DNA from: a virus
Lineage: Duplodnaviria; Caudoviricetes
IMG/VR virus record: IMGVR_UViG_3300028586_000001
Location: 1-64,000 of that record
Direction: 5' to 3' (one strand)
DNA length: 64,000 bases
Position 1 is the first letter of the stretch. Each line of letters opens with the position of its first letter. The position numbers were made by a program, and so were the translations under genes. The notes under the pieces were generated by a model that saw nothing but the letters and a program-made list of their open reading frames with translations, was not told the DNA's origin and ran no database searches. Shown here piece after piece: positions 52,289 through 61,366 of this stretch.

Positions 52289-52749
52289 TGGCTAAGATGA
52301 CTGAACTGACCCCCAACGAGCTGGCCACGCTGCTGATCCTGAAGGAGAAGGGGCCGTTCCCCAACCCTTCGGCGGTGGGTTTCCTGCTGCACGAGAAGAT
52401 CGAGGGGGACAAGAAGCCCAACCCCTCGCCGCAGGGCATGGCTCTGTTCGCGGGTAAGTTCCTAAGCTCCCTTCGCAGTAAGGACCTTGCCGATAACTAC
52501 CGGAGCTGGAGGATCACCAGCGAAGGCTCTGCCTACCTGGAGTACCTGGAGAACAAGGACTTCACCCTTGACGTTCACCGGGTTGCCCGTGATGGTAGTG
52601 ATTGGTGCGTTCGCTGCCCACACTGCAAGGAGGTCGTCTACCTCCCGTCCGGTTCGGTCCTGGGCGAACAATTCCACCACAACACCTCGAACGGCTGCGG
52701 TAGCTGGTTCCAGGTTTCTTCCGACGCGAAGGTGCTCCATGGTCTCTGA
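52285..52749 (+). CDS. wHTH-like plus zinc-ribbon protein (polA insert 4)
   Basis: GGAGG RBS, CPHC and H...C motifs. Confidence 0.65.
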   Translation: MMAKMTELTPNELATLLILKEKGPFPNPSAVGFLLHEKIEGDKKPNPSPQGMALFAGKFLSSLRSKDLADNYRSWRITSEGSAYLEYLENKDFTLDVHRVARDGSDWCVRCPHCKEVVYLPSGSVLGEQFHHNTSNGCGSWFQVSSDAKVLHGL

Positions 52750-55027
52750 CATTACCAACTACCGGGGCTTCATGGCCAACGTCCACGACACGAAGATCAT
52801 GTCGTCGTATGTGGATGAGAACTTCAGCAACGGCCTGAAGCAGAACTCCAAGCTGTACCTGGGCTACGAACAGGTGTCGTATGACGATGTGACCACCAAG
52901 ACCGGCACGCTGGCCGACCTGCCCCCAGGTGGCCGGATCACCAAGGACGAGCACTGCATCGACATCGAAGCCCTGCGCGACATGGCCCCGAAGAAGCAGG
53001 CTGCATGGCTTGCCAAGCGTGGCTACTCGGACGTTTACGAAGCGGTCGAAGCCCATCGCAACCGCACCGTGTCCAAGCAGTACCGCATGAACGAGTTGCG
53101 CGCTGAAGACGTGCTCGACTACGGGGCCGATGACACCATCTGCACCAGCGCTCTGTACAACTTCTACCGGCTGATGATGGAAGTCGAAGGCACGTTCGGT
53201 GTCTACGAGAAGGTCGAGGTCAAACCCTCCTACATGACCGCCCTGTCGTATGTGCAGGGTGCGAACGTGTCGGTGGAGCGCCTGCGTGAGCTGGAGCGGG
53301 CCGACGACAAGGTCTTCGAGAAGGCCCGGACTACACTGACTGAAGTCCTGCTGAAGAAGGGCATCCTTGACCAGATGTGGAAGCCATTCCTTGAATGGAC
53401 TGCTGCCGGTGTCAAGGATGCCTGCGAGGACTTGTTCGGCTTCCGGCCTGAGTCGATGCGGCGCAAGCCCGATGCACTGGCCATGGACATCATGACCGAG
53501 TCCGGTACTGGCGAGGGCGATATGTCCTTGGTCAACTTCTGTGACGCTGTCAAGCGCCAGGATGTGAAGTTCATCAACGCACTGTTGCTGACGAAGTACA
53601 AGCAGGACCCCGGCCTGGACGTGAACTCGGCCAAGAAGATGAAGGTCTTCATGTACGACATCCTGAAGCTGCCGATCCGCGTGACATCGAAGCTGACCGA
53701 GATCAACTACAAGTTCGACCGTGAGCTGGTCAAGGCTGTCCAGAAGTTCAAGAACGCCCTGATGAAGGGAGAGGAGCCGAAGCTGACGCCAGAGGAGTGG
53801 AAGCTGGTGCGCACCAAGGCATCGACCGATGACACCGCTGTTGACTTCGCCCTGATGTACGACAAGGACACCGACCCTGACCTTGAAGTGATCCTGAACG
53901 CCATCTCGGACATGAAGCGCGTTTCCACCCGGCGCGGCCTGTACTACAAGCCGTACCCATACCTGAAGCACTGGAAGGACGGGAAGATTCACTCGTCCAT
54001 GAACCAGTGCGCGACGGTGACGCGCCGCTACTCATCGTCAGGCCCGAACCTTCAACAGCTCCCGAAGAAGGGTGAGGGTGTGAAGATTCGAGAGATGATC
54101 ATCCCGCACCACAAGGATGCGGTCATCGTGTCCCTTGACTTCTCTGGCCAGGAGCTGCGACTGGCAGCGCACATGTCGCAGGACAAGAACATGCTGGCTT
54201 GCTACATCGGTGACAACCTGAAGGACCCGCACTCGATCACTGCGGCCGGCGCCATGCTCAAGAAATGGGGCAAGGACAAGGTCGATGAGTTCAAGTTGCT
54301 CGTTGGCGCTGACAAGTTCAGTGGCACCAATGAGGAAGTCGAGTACACCGTCTTCATCAAGCTGCGCAAGTGGGATGACGATGCCATCGCCAAGCTGGCT
54401 GACGATCTGCGAAAGGTCGCCAAGAACGTGAACTTCGGCGCGCAGTACGACGCCCAAGCACTGACACTGGCATACACGATTGTCATCCCGGTCAAGGACG
54501 CACAGGACTTCCTGGATGCCCGTGAGAAGATGTTCCCCGGTGTCAGTGAATGGAAAGACGACGTGCGCAAGCGTGTCGAGCGCACCGGCCACGCGATGAC
54601 GCTGATGGGTGCACGTCGCCACCTTGCCAAGCTGCTCCGTGACCGCTCGACGGCCAGCAAAGCCGGTCGCCAGGGTCCGAACTTCGAGATTCAGGGTTCG
54701 TCGGCAGAGCAGACCAAGCTGGCCATGGGCGAGGTGTGGGACAGTGGTGTGATGTTCGACTACGACTGCCAGTTCGTTGCACCAGTGCACGATGAGCTGG
54801 TGTTCTCGATCCACAAGGATCATGCGGTCGATGCGATCCGCATCATCCATGCCTGCATGACCAAGCAGTACCACGACATGACCGTACCCTGCATGTCATC
54901 GATCTCGCTGGGTCCGAATTTCGGTGAGCAGATCGAGTGCGGTGACTGGTTCATCGAAGACAACATCCGTAAGGCCCTGGACACCGTGTTCTCCAAGGCC
55001 AAGGAAAAAGAACTGGAGGCAGCATGA
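52739..55027 (+). CDS. polA: DNA polymerase I C-terminal half: rest of the proofreading domain plus family-A polymerase
   Basis: NVHDTKIM, YGADD (ExoIII), DFSGQELR (motif A), RKVAKNVNFGAQY (motif B, Phe at the 762-equivalent), VHDEL (motif C). Start placed at ATG 52739 after GAAGGT. Confidence 0.92.
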   Translation: MVSDITNYRGFMANVHDTKIMSSYVDENFSNGLKQNSKLYLGYEQVSYDDVTTKTGTLADLPPGGRITKDEHCIDIEALRDMAPKKQAAWLAKRGYSDVYEAVEAHRNRTVSKQYRMNELRAEDVLDYGADDTICTSALYNFYRLMMEVEGTFGVYEKVEVKPSYMTALSYVQGANVSVERLRELERADDKVFEKARTTLTEVLLKKGILDQMWKPFLEWTAAGVKDACEDLFGFRPESMRRKPDALAMDIMTESGTGEGDMSLVNFCDAVKRQDVKFINALLLTKYKQDPGLDVNSAKKMKVFMYDILKLPIRVTSKLTEINYKFDRELVKAVQKFKNALMKGEEPKLTPEEWKLVRTKASTDDTAVDFALMYDKDTDPDLEVILNAISDMKRVSTRRGLYYKPYPYLKHWKDGKIHSSMNQCATVTRRYSSSGPNLQQLPKKGEGVKIREMIIPHHKDAVIVSLDFSGQELRLAAHMSQDKNMLACYIGDNLKDPHSITAAGAMLKKWGKDKVDEFKLLVGADKFSGTNEEVEYTVFIKLRKWDDDAIAKLADDLRKVAKNVNFGAQYDAQALTLAYTIVIPVKDAQDFLDAREKMFPGVSEWKDDVRKRVERTGHAMTLMGARRHLAKLLRDRSTASKAGRQGPNFEIQGSSAEQTKLAMGEVWDSGVMFDYDCQFVAPVHDELVFSIHKDHAVDAIRIIHACMTKQYHDMTVPCMSSISLGPNFGEQIECGDWFIEDNIRKALDTVFSKAKEKELEAA

Positions 55028-55116
55028 GTTGGTTAATATTTTTTCTGGTCGTCGGAATGTTCGGCATCGGCTTCGCAGTCGGCTGGATGGTAAGGGGTGA
55101 TTATGAAACAAAGTGA
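55024..55116 (+). CDS. 30-aa single-TM peptide
   Basis: Hand-translated MSWLIFFLVVGMFGIGFAVGWMVRGDYETK, GGAGG RBS, ATGA overlap. Confidence 0.5.
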   Translation: MSWLIFFLVVGMFGIGFAVGWMVRGDYETK

Positions 55117-55537
55117 TGCCGAGCAGGAGCTGCGGGACCTCGGCTCTCACTACAACATCCGGGTCTGGGAGGTGTCCAACGGTCACTTCAAAGTCCAGGA
55201 CGGGGAGGGCCAGATCATTAACTACTGGCCCAACTCGAAGAAGCGCACGATGCACATTCAGGACACGAAGTGGTCCCGTGAGCAGTGCGAACCGATCGAT
55301 GCCCTGCGCCTCGCCGCGCTCGGTGCCGATGGCATGAAGCGTCAGGCACCGATCCCGCTCAAGCGAGCGTTGCGGGCGGTGCCGAAGACGCCGAAGCAGA
55401 AAGAAAAGGAGCGGGAGCTGCGGCGCCCTGCTGGTGAACGCATCAGCAAGGATGAGTACGCTTTCCGTGAAACCACCTACGATGAGAAGGCAGCAGCCAT
55501 CTCGGCAATGCCAGCACAAGGAGCACCATGGCCCTAA
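55103..55537 (+). CDS. Hypothetical protein
   Basis: 144 aa, AAGGGG RBS. Confidence 0.6.
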   Translation: MKQSDAEQELRDLGSHYNIRVWEVSNGHFKVQDGEGQIINYWPNSKKRTMHIQDTKWSREQCEPIDALRLAALGADGMKRQAPIPLKRALRAVPKTPKQKEKERELRRPAGERISKDEYAFRETTYDEKAAAISAMPAQGAPWP

Positions 55538-56112
55538 GTAAAAAGTCAGCGTTCAAGTCGTCACTGCAATCGTTCATCGACTCAGCGTCAACGAATCACA
55601 TCCCGCCGCAGCCCGAGCGCAAGGTGAAGATCAAGCGTGCCGAGCGCATCGGCCAGCGCGGCAAGGACGCGGAGAAGGATGTTCGGCAGGTGCTGGAAGG
55701 CTGGAACAACCTTGCCTGCTTCGCCTTCGACCGCCTGCCAGACGCTCGTGCTGCCCGTGGCCGGATGAAGTCGTCACTTGCCGACTACATGGTCTGGTAC
55801 GCCCCTGGTGGCCATCGCTTCAACATCCCGCTGGAAGTCAAGTCCACGGAACACAGCACGAAGCGCGGCGGCTACCTGTTGTCGGCATCGGCACTCGATC
55901 AGCTCCCGCTCCTGAAGAAAGTTGCGCTGGCTGGGGCCAACCCCTTCGTTCTGGTCTACTTTAAAAAGTTCGACTACTGGCGGGTGGCCCATATTCACTT
56001 CTTCAGTTTCGGGGAGTCATCCTGGGACATGTCGGAATGTCCGACGTTTCCTACTGCGAAAGCGGCGTTGGAGTCAACAGGATTCTTTCCGACAGGCACC
56101 GCCCAGGCGTAG
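55528..56112 (+). CDS. PD-(D/E)XK nuclease, probable Holliday junction resolvase
   Basis: GKDAE...ADY...LEVKST, AAGGAG RBS. Confidence 0.65.
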   Translation: MALSKKSAFKSSLQSFIDSASTNHIPPQPERKVKIKRAERIGQRGKDAEKDVRQVLEGWNNLACFAFDRLPDARAARGRMKSSLADYMVWYAPGGHRFNIPLEVKSTEHSTKRGGYLLSASALDQLPLLKKVALAGANPFVLVYFKKFDYWRVAHIHFFSFGESSWDMSECPTFPTAKAALESTGFFPTGTAQA

Positions 56113-56135
56113 TGTTGCCGGTGTAAAATAAATTC

Positions 56136-56158
56136 CCCCGCACAACGCTGCGGGGTTT
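56136..56158 (+). terminator. Hairpin upstream of the RNR gene
   Basis: CCCCGCA-N6-TGCGGGG then TTT. Confidence 0.5.
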
Positions 56159-56185
56159 CCAATCTACTAAGGACTTTGATCACCC

Positions 56186-58138
56186 ATGCCAGTGTCTGCC
56201 CACCTTCCCACGCAGTTGCAAGAGTACGTCCACAAGAGCCGTTACGCCCGTTGGCGTGACGACCTCGGTCGCCGCGAGACCTGGCCCGAAACGGTCCAAC
56301 GCTACGTCGACTATTTCAAGAACAAGTTTCCTGAACACTACCCGGCCCAGGACATCTACGACGCCATCCTGAACCTCAAGTCGATGCCTTCGATGCGGGC
56401 GCTGATGACCGCTGGTCCGGCCTTGGAACGCGATCCGATGGCAGGCTTCAACTGTTCGTTCGTCGCCATCGACAACGTCCGTGCCTTCGATGAAATCCTG
56501 TACATCAGCATGTGCGGTACGGGTGTCGGCTTCTCGGTCGAGCGCCAGTTCGTTTCGCAACTGCCGGTGATCGGTGCCAAGGCGTACAACGACAATATCG
56601 AAGTCCCGTACAGCTACAAGATCGAAATCGCTGATCGCATGACCAAGATCGATCACGTCATCAAGGTCCGTGATAGCAAGGGTGGATGGGCCGACGCCTT
56701 CCGTCAGCTCCTGGGCCACCTGTACGCTGGCAACATCCCCACCTGGGACGTGTCCGGTGTCCGTCCGCACGGTGCAAAGCTGAAGGTCTTCGGTGGCCGC
56801 GCCTCCGGTCCGCAGCCGCTGATCGACCTGTTCAACTTCGCCATCGAAACGTTCACTGCCGCTGTGGGCCGCAAGCTCACGTCGATTGAATGCCATGATC
56901 TCACTTGCAAGATTGCTGACATCGTCGTTGTCGGTGGCGTGCGCCGCAGTGCGCTGATCTCGCTGTCGAACCTGTCGGACGACCGCATGCGTGGTGCGAA
57001 GAACGGTCAGTGGTGGAACGTCGCCCCGCACCGCGCCCTGGCCAACAACAGCGCGGCCTACACCGAGCGTCCGTCGATGGAAGTGTTCCTGAAGGAATGG
57101 CTGTCGCTGATCGAATCGAAGTCCGGCGAGCGTGGCATCTTCAACCGTCAGGCCGTCATCAACAAGGCTCTGGAATCTGGTCGTCGTGACGCGACCCAGG
57201 TCGTCGGCACCAACCCGTGTGCTGAGATCGCCCTGCGCAGCATGGGCCTGTGCAACCTGTCCGAAGTCGTCCTGCGTGCCGGTGACACCTTCGACACGGT
57301 CCGCGAGAAGGTACGCATCGCCGTCATCATGGGCACCTACCAGTCGATGCTGACTGACTTCCGCTATGTCCGTTCGGGCTGGAAGAAGAACCAGGAAGAA
57401 GAACACCTCCTGGGCGTGTCGTTGACCGGCATCATGGACCACGAAGTCCTTGCCTATGTCTCCGGCGAGTCGATCCTGTGGCTCAAGGGACTGAAGCAGT
57501 ACGCCATCGAAGTGAACAAGGAATGGGCCGAGAAACTGGGCATCAAGCAGTCGGTGGCCATCACCACCGTCAAGCCTTCCGGCACCGTGTCGCAACTGGT
57601 CGACAGCGCCAGCGGCAAGCACGAGCGCTATTCCGAGTATTACATCCGTACCGTTCGCGGTGACAAGAAGGACCCTCTGGCGCAGCTCATGCACAAGCAG
57701 GGCTTCCCTGTCGAATCGTGCGTGAACAAGCCTGACACGACCGACATCTTCAGCTTCCCGGTCAAGGCCCCTGGTGGCTCGGTCTTCCGCAACGACCGCA
57801 CCGCCATCGAACAGCTCGAACACTACCTGATGTTCCAGACGTTCTGGTCGGAGCACAACGTGTCGAACACGATCTATGTGCGTGACCATGAATGGCTGGC
57901 GGTGGGCGACTGGGTGTACCAGAACTTCGACAAGCTCGCTGGTGTGTCCTTCCTGCCGCACAGCGACCACACGTACCGTCAGGCGCCCTACACTGAGTGT
58001 ACGCAGGCCGAGTACGAGGCGCTGCTGGCGAAGATGCCTGCGTTCGACTGGGATGAACTGGCTGAATTCGAGCGTGATGATTCTTCGGTCAAGGTGCGGG
58101 AACTTGCCTGTACCGCTGGCGTCTGCGACATCTTGTGA
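56186..58138 (+). CDS. nrdJ: Class II (B12-dependent) ribonucleotide reductase, monomeric RTPR type
   Basis: PSMRAL, FNCSF, TNPCAEI, VKPSGTVSQL, C-terminal CTAGVC, no beta subunit in the window. Confidence 0.93.
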   Translation: MPVSAHLPTQLQEYVHKSRYARWRDDLGRRETWPETVQRYVDYFKNKFPEHYPAQDIYDAILNLKSMPSMRALMTAGPALERDPMAGFNCSFVAIDNVRAFDEILYISMCGTGVGFSVERQFVSQLPVIGAKAYNDNIEVPYSYKIEIADRMTKIDHVIKVRDSKGGWADAFRQLLGHLYAGNIPTWDVSGVRPHGAKLKVFGGRASGPQPLIDLFNFAIETFTAAVGRKLTSIECHDLTCKIADIVVVGGVRRSALISLSNLSDDRMRGAKNGQWWNVAPHRALANNSAAYTERPSMEVFLKEWLSLIESKSGERGIFNRQAVINKALESGRRDATQVVGTNPCAEIALRSMGLCNLSEVVLRAGDTFDTVREKVRIAVIMGTYQSMLTDFRYVRSGWKKNQEEEHLLGVSLTGIMDHEVLAYVSGESILWLKGLKQYAIEVNKEWAEKLGIKQSVAITTVKPSGTVSQLVDSASGKHERYSEYYIRTVRGDKKDPLAQLMHKQGFPVESCVNKPDTTDIFSFPVKAPGGSVFRNDRTAIEQLEHYLMFQTFWSEHNVSNTIYVRDHEWLAVGDWVYQNFDKLAGVSFLPHSDHTYRQAPYTECTQAEYEALLAKMPAFDWDELAEFERDDSSVKVRELACTAGVCDIL

Positions 58139-58204
58139 AAGCTCGATTGGCCGGCACCTAAACTGCCGCCAATAAACCTGTGGAATGCTCCACGCTGATT
58201 CACT

Positions 58205-58228
58205 GGGACCCTTCGGGGTCCCTTCTTT
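58205..58228 (+). terminator. Intrinsic terminator
   Basis: GGGACCC-TTCG-GGGTCCC then TTCTTT. Confidence 0.9.
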
Positions 58229-58247
58229 ACGACCTTGAAAGCGAACT

Positions 58248-59219
58248 ATGAAAACCAAACTTGTACACCCAACCGAGCCGAAGTTCAAACCCATGCTGGC
58301 CTGCGATGTCGATGAGAGCAAGCTGGACGAACTGCCTTACCCACTGGCCCTGTTCATCAAGTACGACGGCGTGCGCACCCTGCACGCCAATGGTAACTTT
58401 GGTCGCAGCATGGACCTGCACAGGAACCCGCACTTGCAGGACCTGTACAACAAGCCAGAATACTTCGGCTTTGACTCCGAAGGTATCATCGGTGATCCGA
58501 CTGCACCGAACTGCATCAGCGTGACCAGCGGGGGCTTCTCACGCCAAAAGGACAAGCCGAAGGAAGGCAAGTTCGTCGCCGTCGATCCCGTCTTCTACGT
58601 GTTCGATGACTTCACCAACCCTACCCAGGAATATCACGAGCGGTTCCGCGCTGCGACCCTGCGTGTGGAAGCTCTGCTGATCGTGAACCCCGAATCGCGG
58701 TTCCGCATGGCCGATATGCGGATCGTCAACAATAAGGACGAACTTCTGGCCATGTGGGATGAAGCTGATGAAGCTGGCCATGAAGGCTTGATCGGTCGGT
58801 CCCTGAACGGCAGGTACAAGTTTGGCCGCGCCACTCCACGGGAAATGACGTACCTGCGCTTCAAGCGGTTCGAGTACAGGGAATTCCGCATCACGGGCTG
58901 CGAAGAAGGTAGCGAGAACACGAACGAAGCCAAGACCAATTCCCTGGGCCAGACTGAGCGCAGCAGCGCCAAGGTGGGAATGGTTCCCAACGGCGAGATC
59001 GGCGCGTTCCTCGGCAACGACCTTGAAACTGGCGAACCAGTGAAGGTGGCAGCGGGTAAGCTGACCAAGGCCGAAGCCAAGGCCGGGTTCGAGAACTTCG
59101 ATGATACTTTCATGGATGAGATCGGGATCTACAAGGTGTTCAACAAAGGCACCGGCAACTTCACCAAGCCGCGCTTCCCGACCTTCCAGGCGCTGCGCTC
59201 GGATGAGGACATGTCGTGA
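58248..59219 (+). CDS. ATP-dependent DNA ligase
   Basis: KYDGVR adenylation motif, FYVFDD, GHEGLI, PRFP. Confidence 0.92.
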   Translation: MKTKLVHPTEPKFKPMLACDVDESKLDELPYPLALFIKYDGVRTLHANGNFGRSMDLHRNPHLQDLYNKPEYFGFDSEGIIGDPTAPNCISVTSGGFSRQKDKPKEGKFVAVDPVFYVFDDFTNPTQEYHERFRAATLRVEALLIVNPESRFRMADMRIVNNKDELLAMWDEADEAGHEGLIGRSLNGRYKFGRATPREMTYLRFKRFEYREFRITGCEEGSENTNEAKTNSLGQTERSSAKVGMVPNGEIGAFLGNDLETGEPVKVAAGKLTKAEAKAGFENFDDTFMDEIGIYKVFNKGTGNFTKPRFPTFQALRSDEDMS

Positions 59220-59539
59220 TCACGGTCATCAACCGCGCTACGATGCAGACCCGACTGCCTGCCCTCGGCGTGTACGTTGGCAGGCCCGGTGTCCTGGGCA
59301 ACCCCTACGTGGTCACGACCGAGTCGAAACGCGGCGAAATGATTGCCAAGTACGAGGTCTGGTTGCGCGACCGCATGCGCACTACGAACCCGGTCTCCAA
59401 CGAGATCGATCGTCTGGTCCAGCATGTGCTCAAGGGTGGGACGCTGTCCCTCGAATGCTCCTGCCACCCAAAGCAGTGCCACGCCAACGTCATCAAAGCA
59501 GTAATCGAAGAAGAACTGGAGAACACCAATGCAGTGTAA
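59216..59539 (+). CDS. DUF4326-like protein
   Basis: YVGRP..LGNPY...L.C.CHPKQCH. Confidence 0.8.
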   Translation: MITVINRATMQTRLPALGVYVGRPGVLGNPYVVTTESKRGEMIAKYEVWLRDRMRTTNPVSNEIDRLVQHVLKGGTLSLECSCHPKQCHANVIKAVIEEELENTNAV

Positions 59540-59807
59540 TTGCCTCGAAGATGTCATCAAAAACGTGACTAAACACATGTCGGTTCCTGACAAGGCCGGT
59601 GCCGGTGCCAAGGTTGAGTGTGCGGCTGTGGCTATTGGCCTCACCAACGACCTGGACATGCAGCAGCGGATCTATATCCCGTTCAGGGTGACCGGCACGA
59701 ACCTGGGGTTCAGGAGCCAGAAAGGTAAGGAAGTTCCGGTCTACTGCACCTACTGCCCGTTCTGCGGGAAACCTGCTGTAGCCGCGAAGGAGCCTACCAA
59801 TGCGTAA
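59529..59807 (+). CDS. Small zinc-binding protein
   Basis: CNC...YCPFCG. Confidence 0.65.
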   Translation: MQCNCLEDVIKNVTKHMSVPDKAGAGAKVECAAVAIGLTNDLDMQQRIYIPFRVTGTNLGFRSQKGKEVPVYCTYCPFCGKPAVAAKEPTNA

Positions 59808-60978
59808 CGTAACTGCACTTATCCTCAATGACACCCACATCGGCGCCGTGCGCACCACCGGCACGAACCTTGCCACCCGCGCCGCCATCCAGCAGTACCT
59901 GCTGGATTCCCTGGAAGACATTCTCAGGCGCTATTGCGAGGTCGATTGCATTGTCAACGGTGATCTGTTCGATGGCTACGAAGTCGATAGTGGCCAGCTC
60001 CTGGCCACCTACCTGATCTTCTATAACTGGCTGACGGATAACCCAGAGCGAATCCTTGATCTGGTGCGCGGCAATCACGACATCGCCAAGAACAGCCTGC
60101 GCACCAGCTCGTTCGCCATGCTGTGCTCACTGCTGACGACGGTGTTTCCGGACCGCGTCAAGGTGTACAACGACAAGTTCGCCCAGATCGGCCACAAAGT
60201 CTGGGTCATCCCCCACTGTGTCAACCAGGACTTATTCGATATCGAGATGGAGAAGGCCGAGATCGCCATCACCGATGAAGGCCACGAGCCGGGCTACCTG
60301 CTGCTGCACGCCAACTACGACAACAACTTCGCTGTCGAGTCGGACCATTCGCTGAACGTGAGCGAGGAATGGGCGAAGAAGCTGACCAAGCTGGGCTGGA
60401 CTCTGGTCTTCGCTCACGAGCACCAGCGCCGCAAGGCAATGCGTGGCAAGGTGATCGTCATGGGTAACCAGTGGCCGACCTCGGTGGCCGACTGCCTTGC
60501 TCACGGCGAAGCCCAGAAGGACGGCAAGAAGTATGCTCATGTGATCCAGACTGTGTCGGCAGACTTCATGGCTGAGGATGGCGCGGCCAGCACCGTCACA
60601 CTGGCCGAGACCGTTCACCCGACCTGGGAAGCTGCCACCGACTTCGTTCGCATGGACTGGACGGACCTTGACCCCACCACTGAGTGTAGGTTTATCCGTA
60701 TCGAAGGCACCGCCACTGCCGCTGAAGCTGCCGACGTGATGAACGCTGTCGCTCGCTACCGCCAGAAAAGCGAAGCATGGGTCATCTCCAATTCGGTCAA
60801 CGTTGCTGGCATTGCCGGTGTCAGCGATATGTCGAAGGTCAACACCGAAAGTCTGGCCCAGGTGGACGTGCTGGCCTCCTTGCTCAAGAAGTTGGAGCCG
60901 AAGGAAGCCGATGCCGTGTGCGATCTGCTGGACATTGCAAACCCACGCAACGACCCGAAGAAGGAACCTGTTGAATGA
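59800..60978 (+). CDS. sbcD: SbcD/Mre11-like metallophosphoesterase nuclease
   Basis: DTHIG, GDLFD, GNHD, AHEH motifs. Confidence 0.85.
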   Translation: MRNVTALILNDTHIGAVRTTGTNLATRAAIQQYLLDSLEDILRRYCEVDCIVNGDLFDGYEVDSGQLLATYLIFYNWLTDNPERILDLVRGNHDIAKNSLRTSSFAMLCSLLTTVFPDRVKVYNDKFAQIGHKVWVIPHCVNQDLFDIEMEKAEIAITDEGHEPGYLLLHANYDNNFAVESDHSLNVSEEWAKKLTKLGWTLVFAHEHQRRKAMRGKVIVMGNQWPTSVADCLAHGEAQKDGKKYAHVIQTVSADFMAEDGAASTVTLAETVHPTWEAATDFVRMDWTDLDPTTECRFIRIEGTATAAEAADVMNAVARYRQKSEAWVISNSVNVAGIAGVSDMSKVNTESLAQVDVLASLLKKLEPKEADAVCDLLDIANPRNDPKKEPVE

Positions 60979-61355
60979 TGAACTTGCAACTGCGACAAAC
61001 CGGCCGAACGACTCGGATGATCGAGCGGGCTGTTGAATATCACGCCAACACCAAGCACCTTGTGATCATCCTGATGCCAACGCAACAGCATGCGAAGCTG
61101 TCTCAGCAGGACGTTTATAAAACGTGGCACCGGCTCACTGGTCGCCCTGACTTCCCGAACATTCGGGTCGACTACTTCAGTGATGACTGGACGGGCAAGG
61201 TTGACTGGAAGACCTTGCGCCTCATAGGCAAGGAGTACGACAACGTACTGCTGCTTCTGGATCACATGGTGGTCGAGCGGCGCATCGAGCACATACAGGG
61301 GACGCTCAACTCCCTGATCCAACAGGTCAAAGACCTCTACAAGTACACCGTTTAA
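60975..61355 (+). CDS. Hypothetical protein with degenerate P-loop-like RQTGRTT
   Basis: 126 aa inserted between the sbcD- and sbcC-like genes. Confidence 0.6.
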   Translation: MMNLQLRQTGRTTRMIERAVEYHANTKHLVIILMPTQQHAKLSQQDVYKTWHRLTGRPDFPNIRVDYFSDDWTGKVDWKTLRLIGKEYDNVLLLLDHMVVERRIEHIQGTLNSLIQQVKDLYKYTV

Positions 61356-61366
61356 AGGAGCATCAC

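Noticed and set aside
50960-52738. Group I intron or split intein as the explanation of the polA gap
   Set aside because: The gap is fully tiled by coupled ORFs with their own RBSs. No recognisable P/Q/R/S elements, homing endonuclease or intein terminal residues were seen by eye. Not excluded without RT-PCR.
52487-52738. ORF-track N-terminal extension of the polymerase
   Set aside because: Overlaps a well-formed gene (52285-52749) and the translation is not polymerase-like. Homology starts at about ATG 52739.
56113-56185. Cobalamin riboswitch or NrdR box upstream of nrdJ
   Set aside because: Only about 70 nt with one simple hairpin. No B12-box or NrdR consensus recognised.
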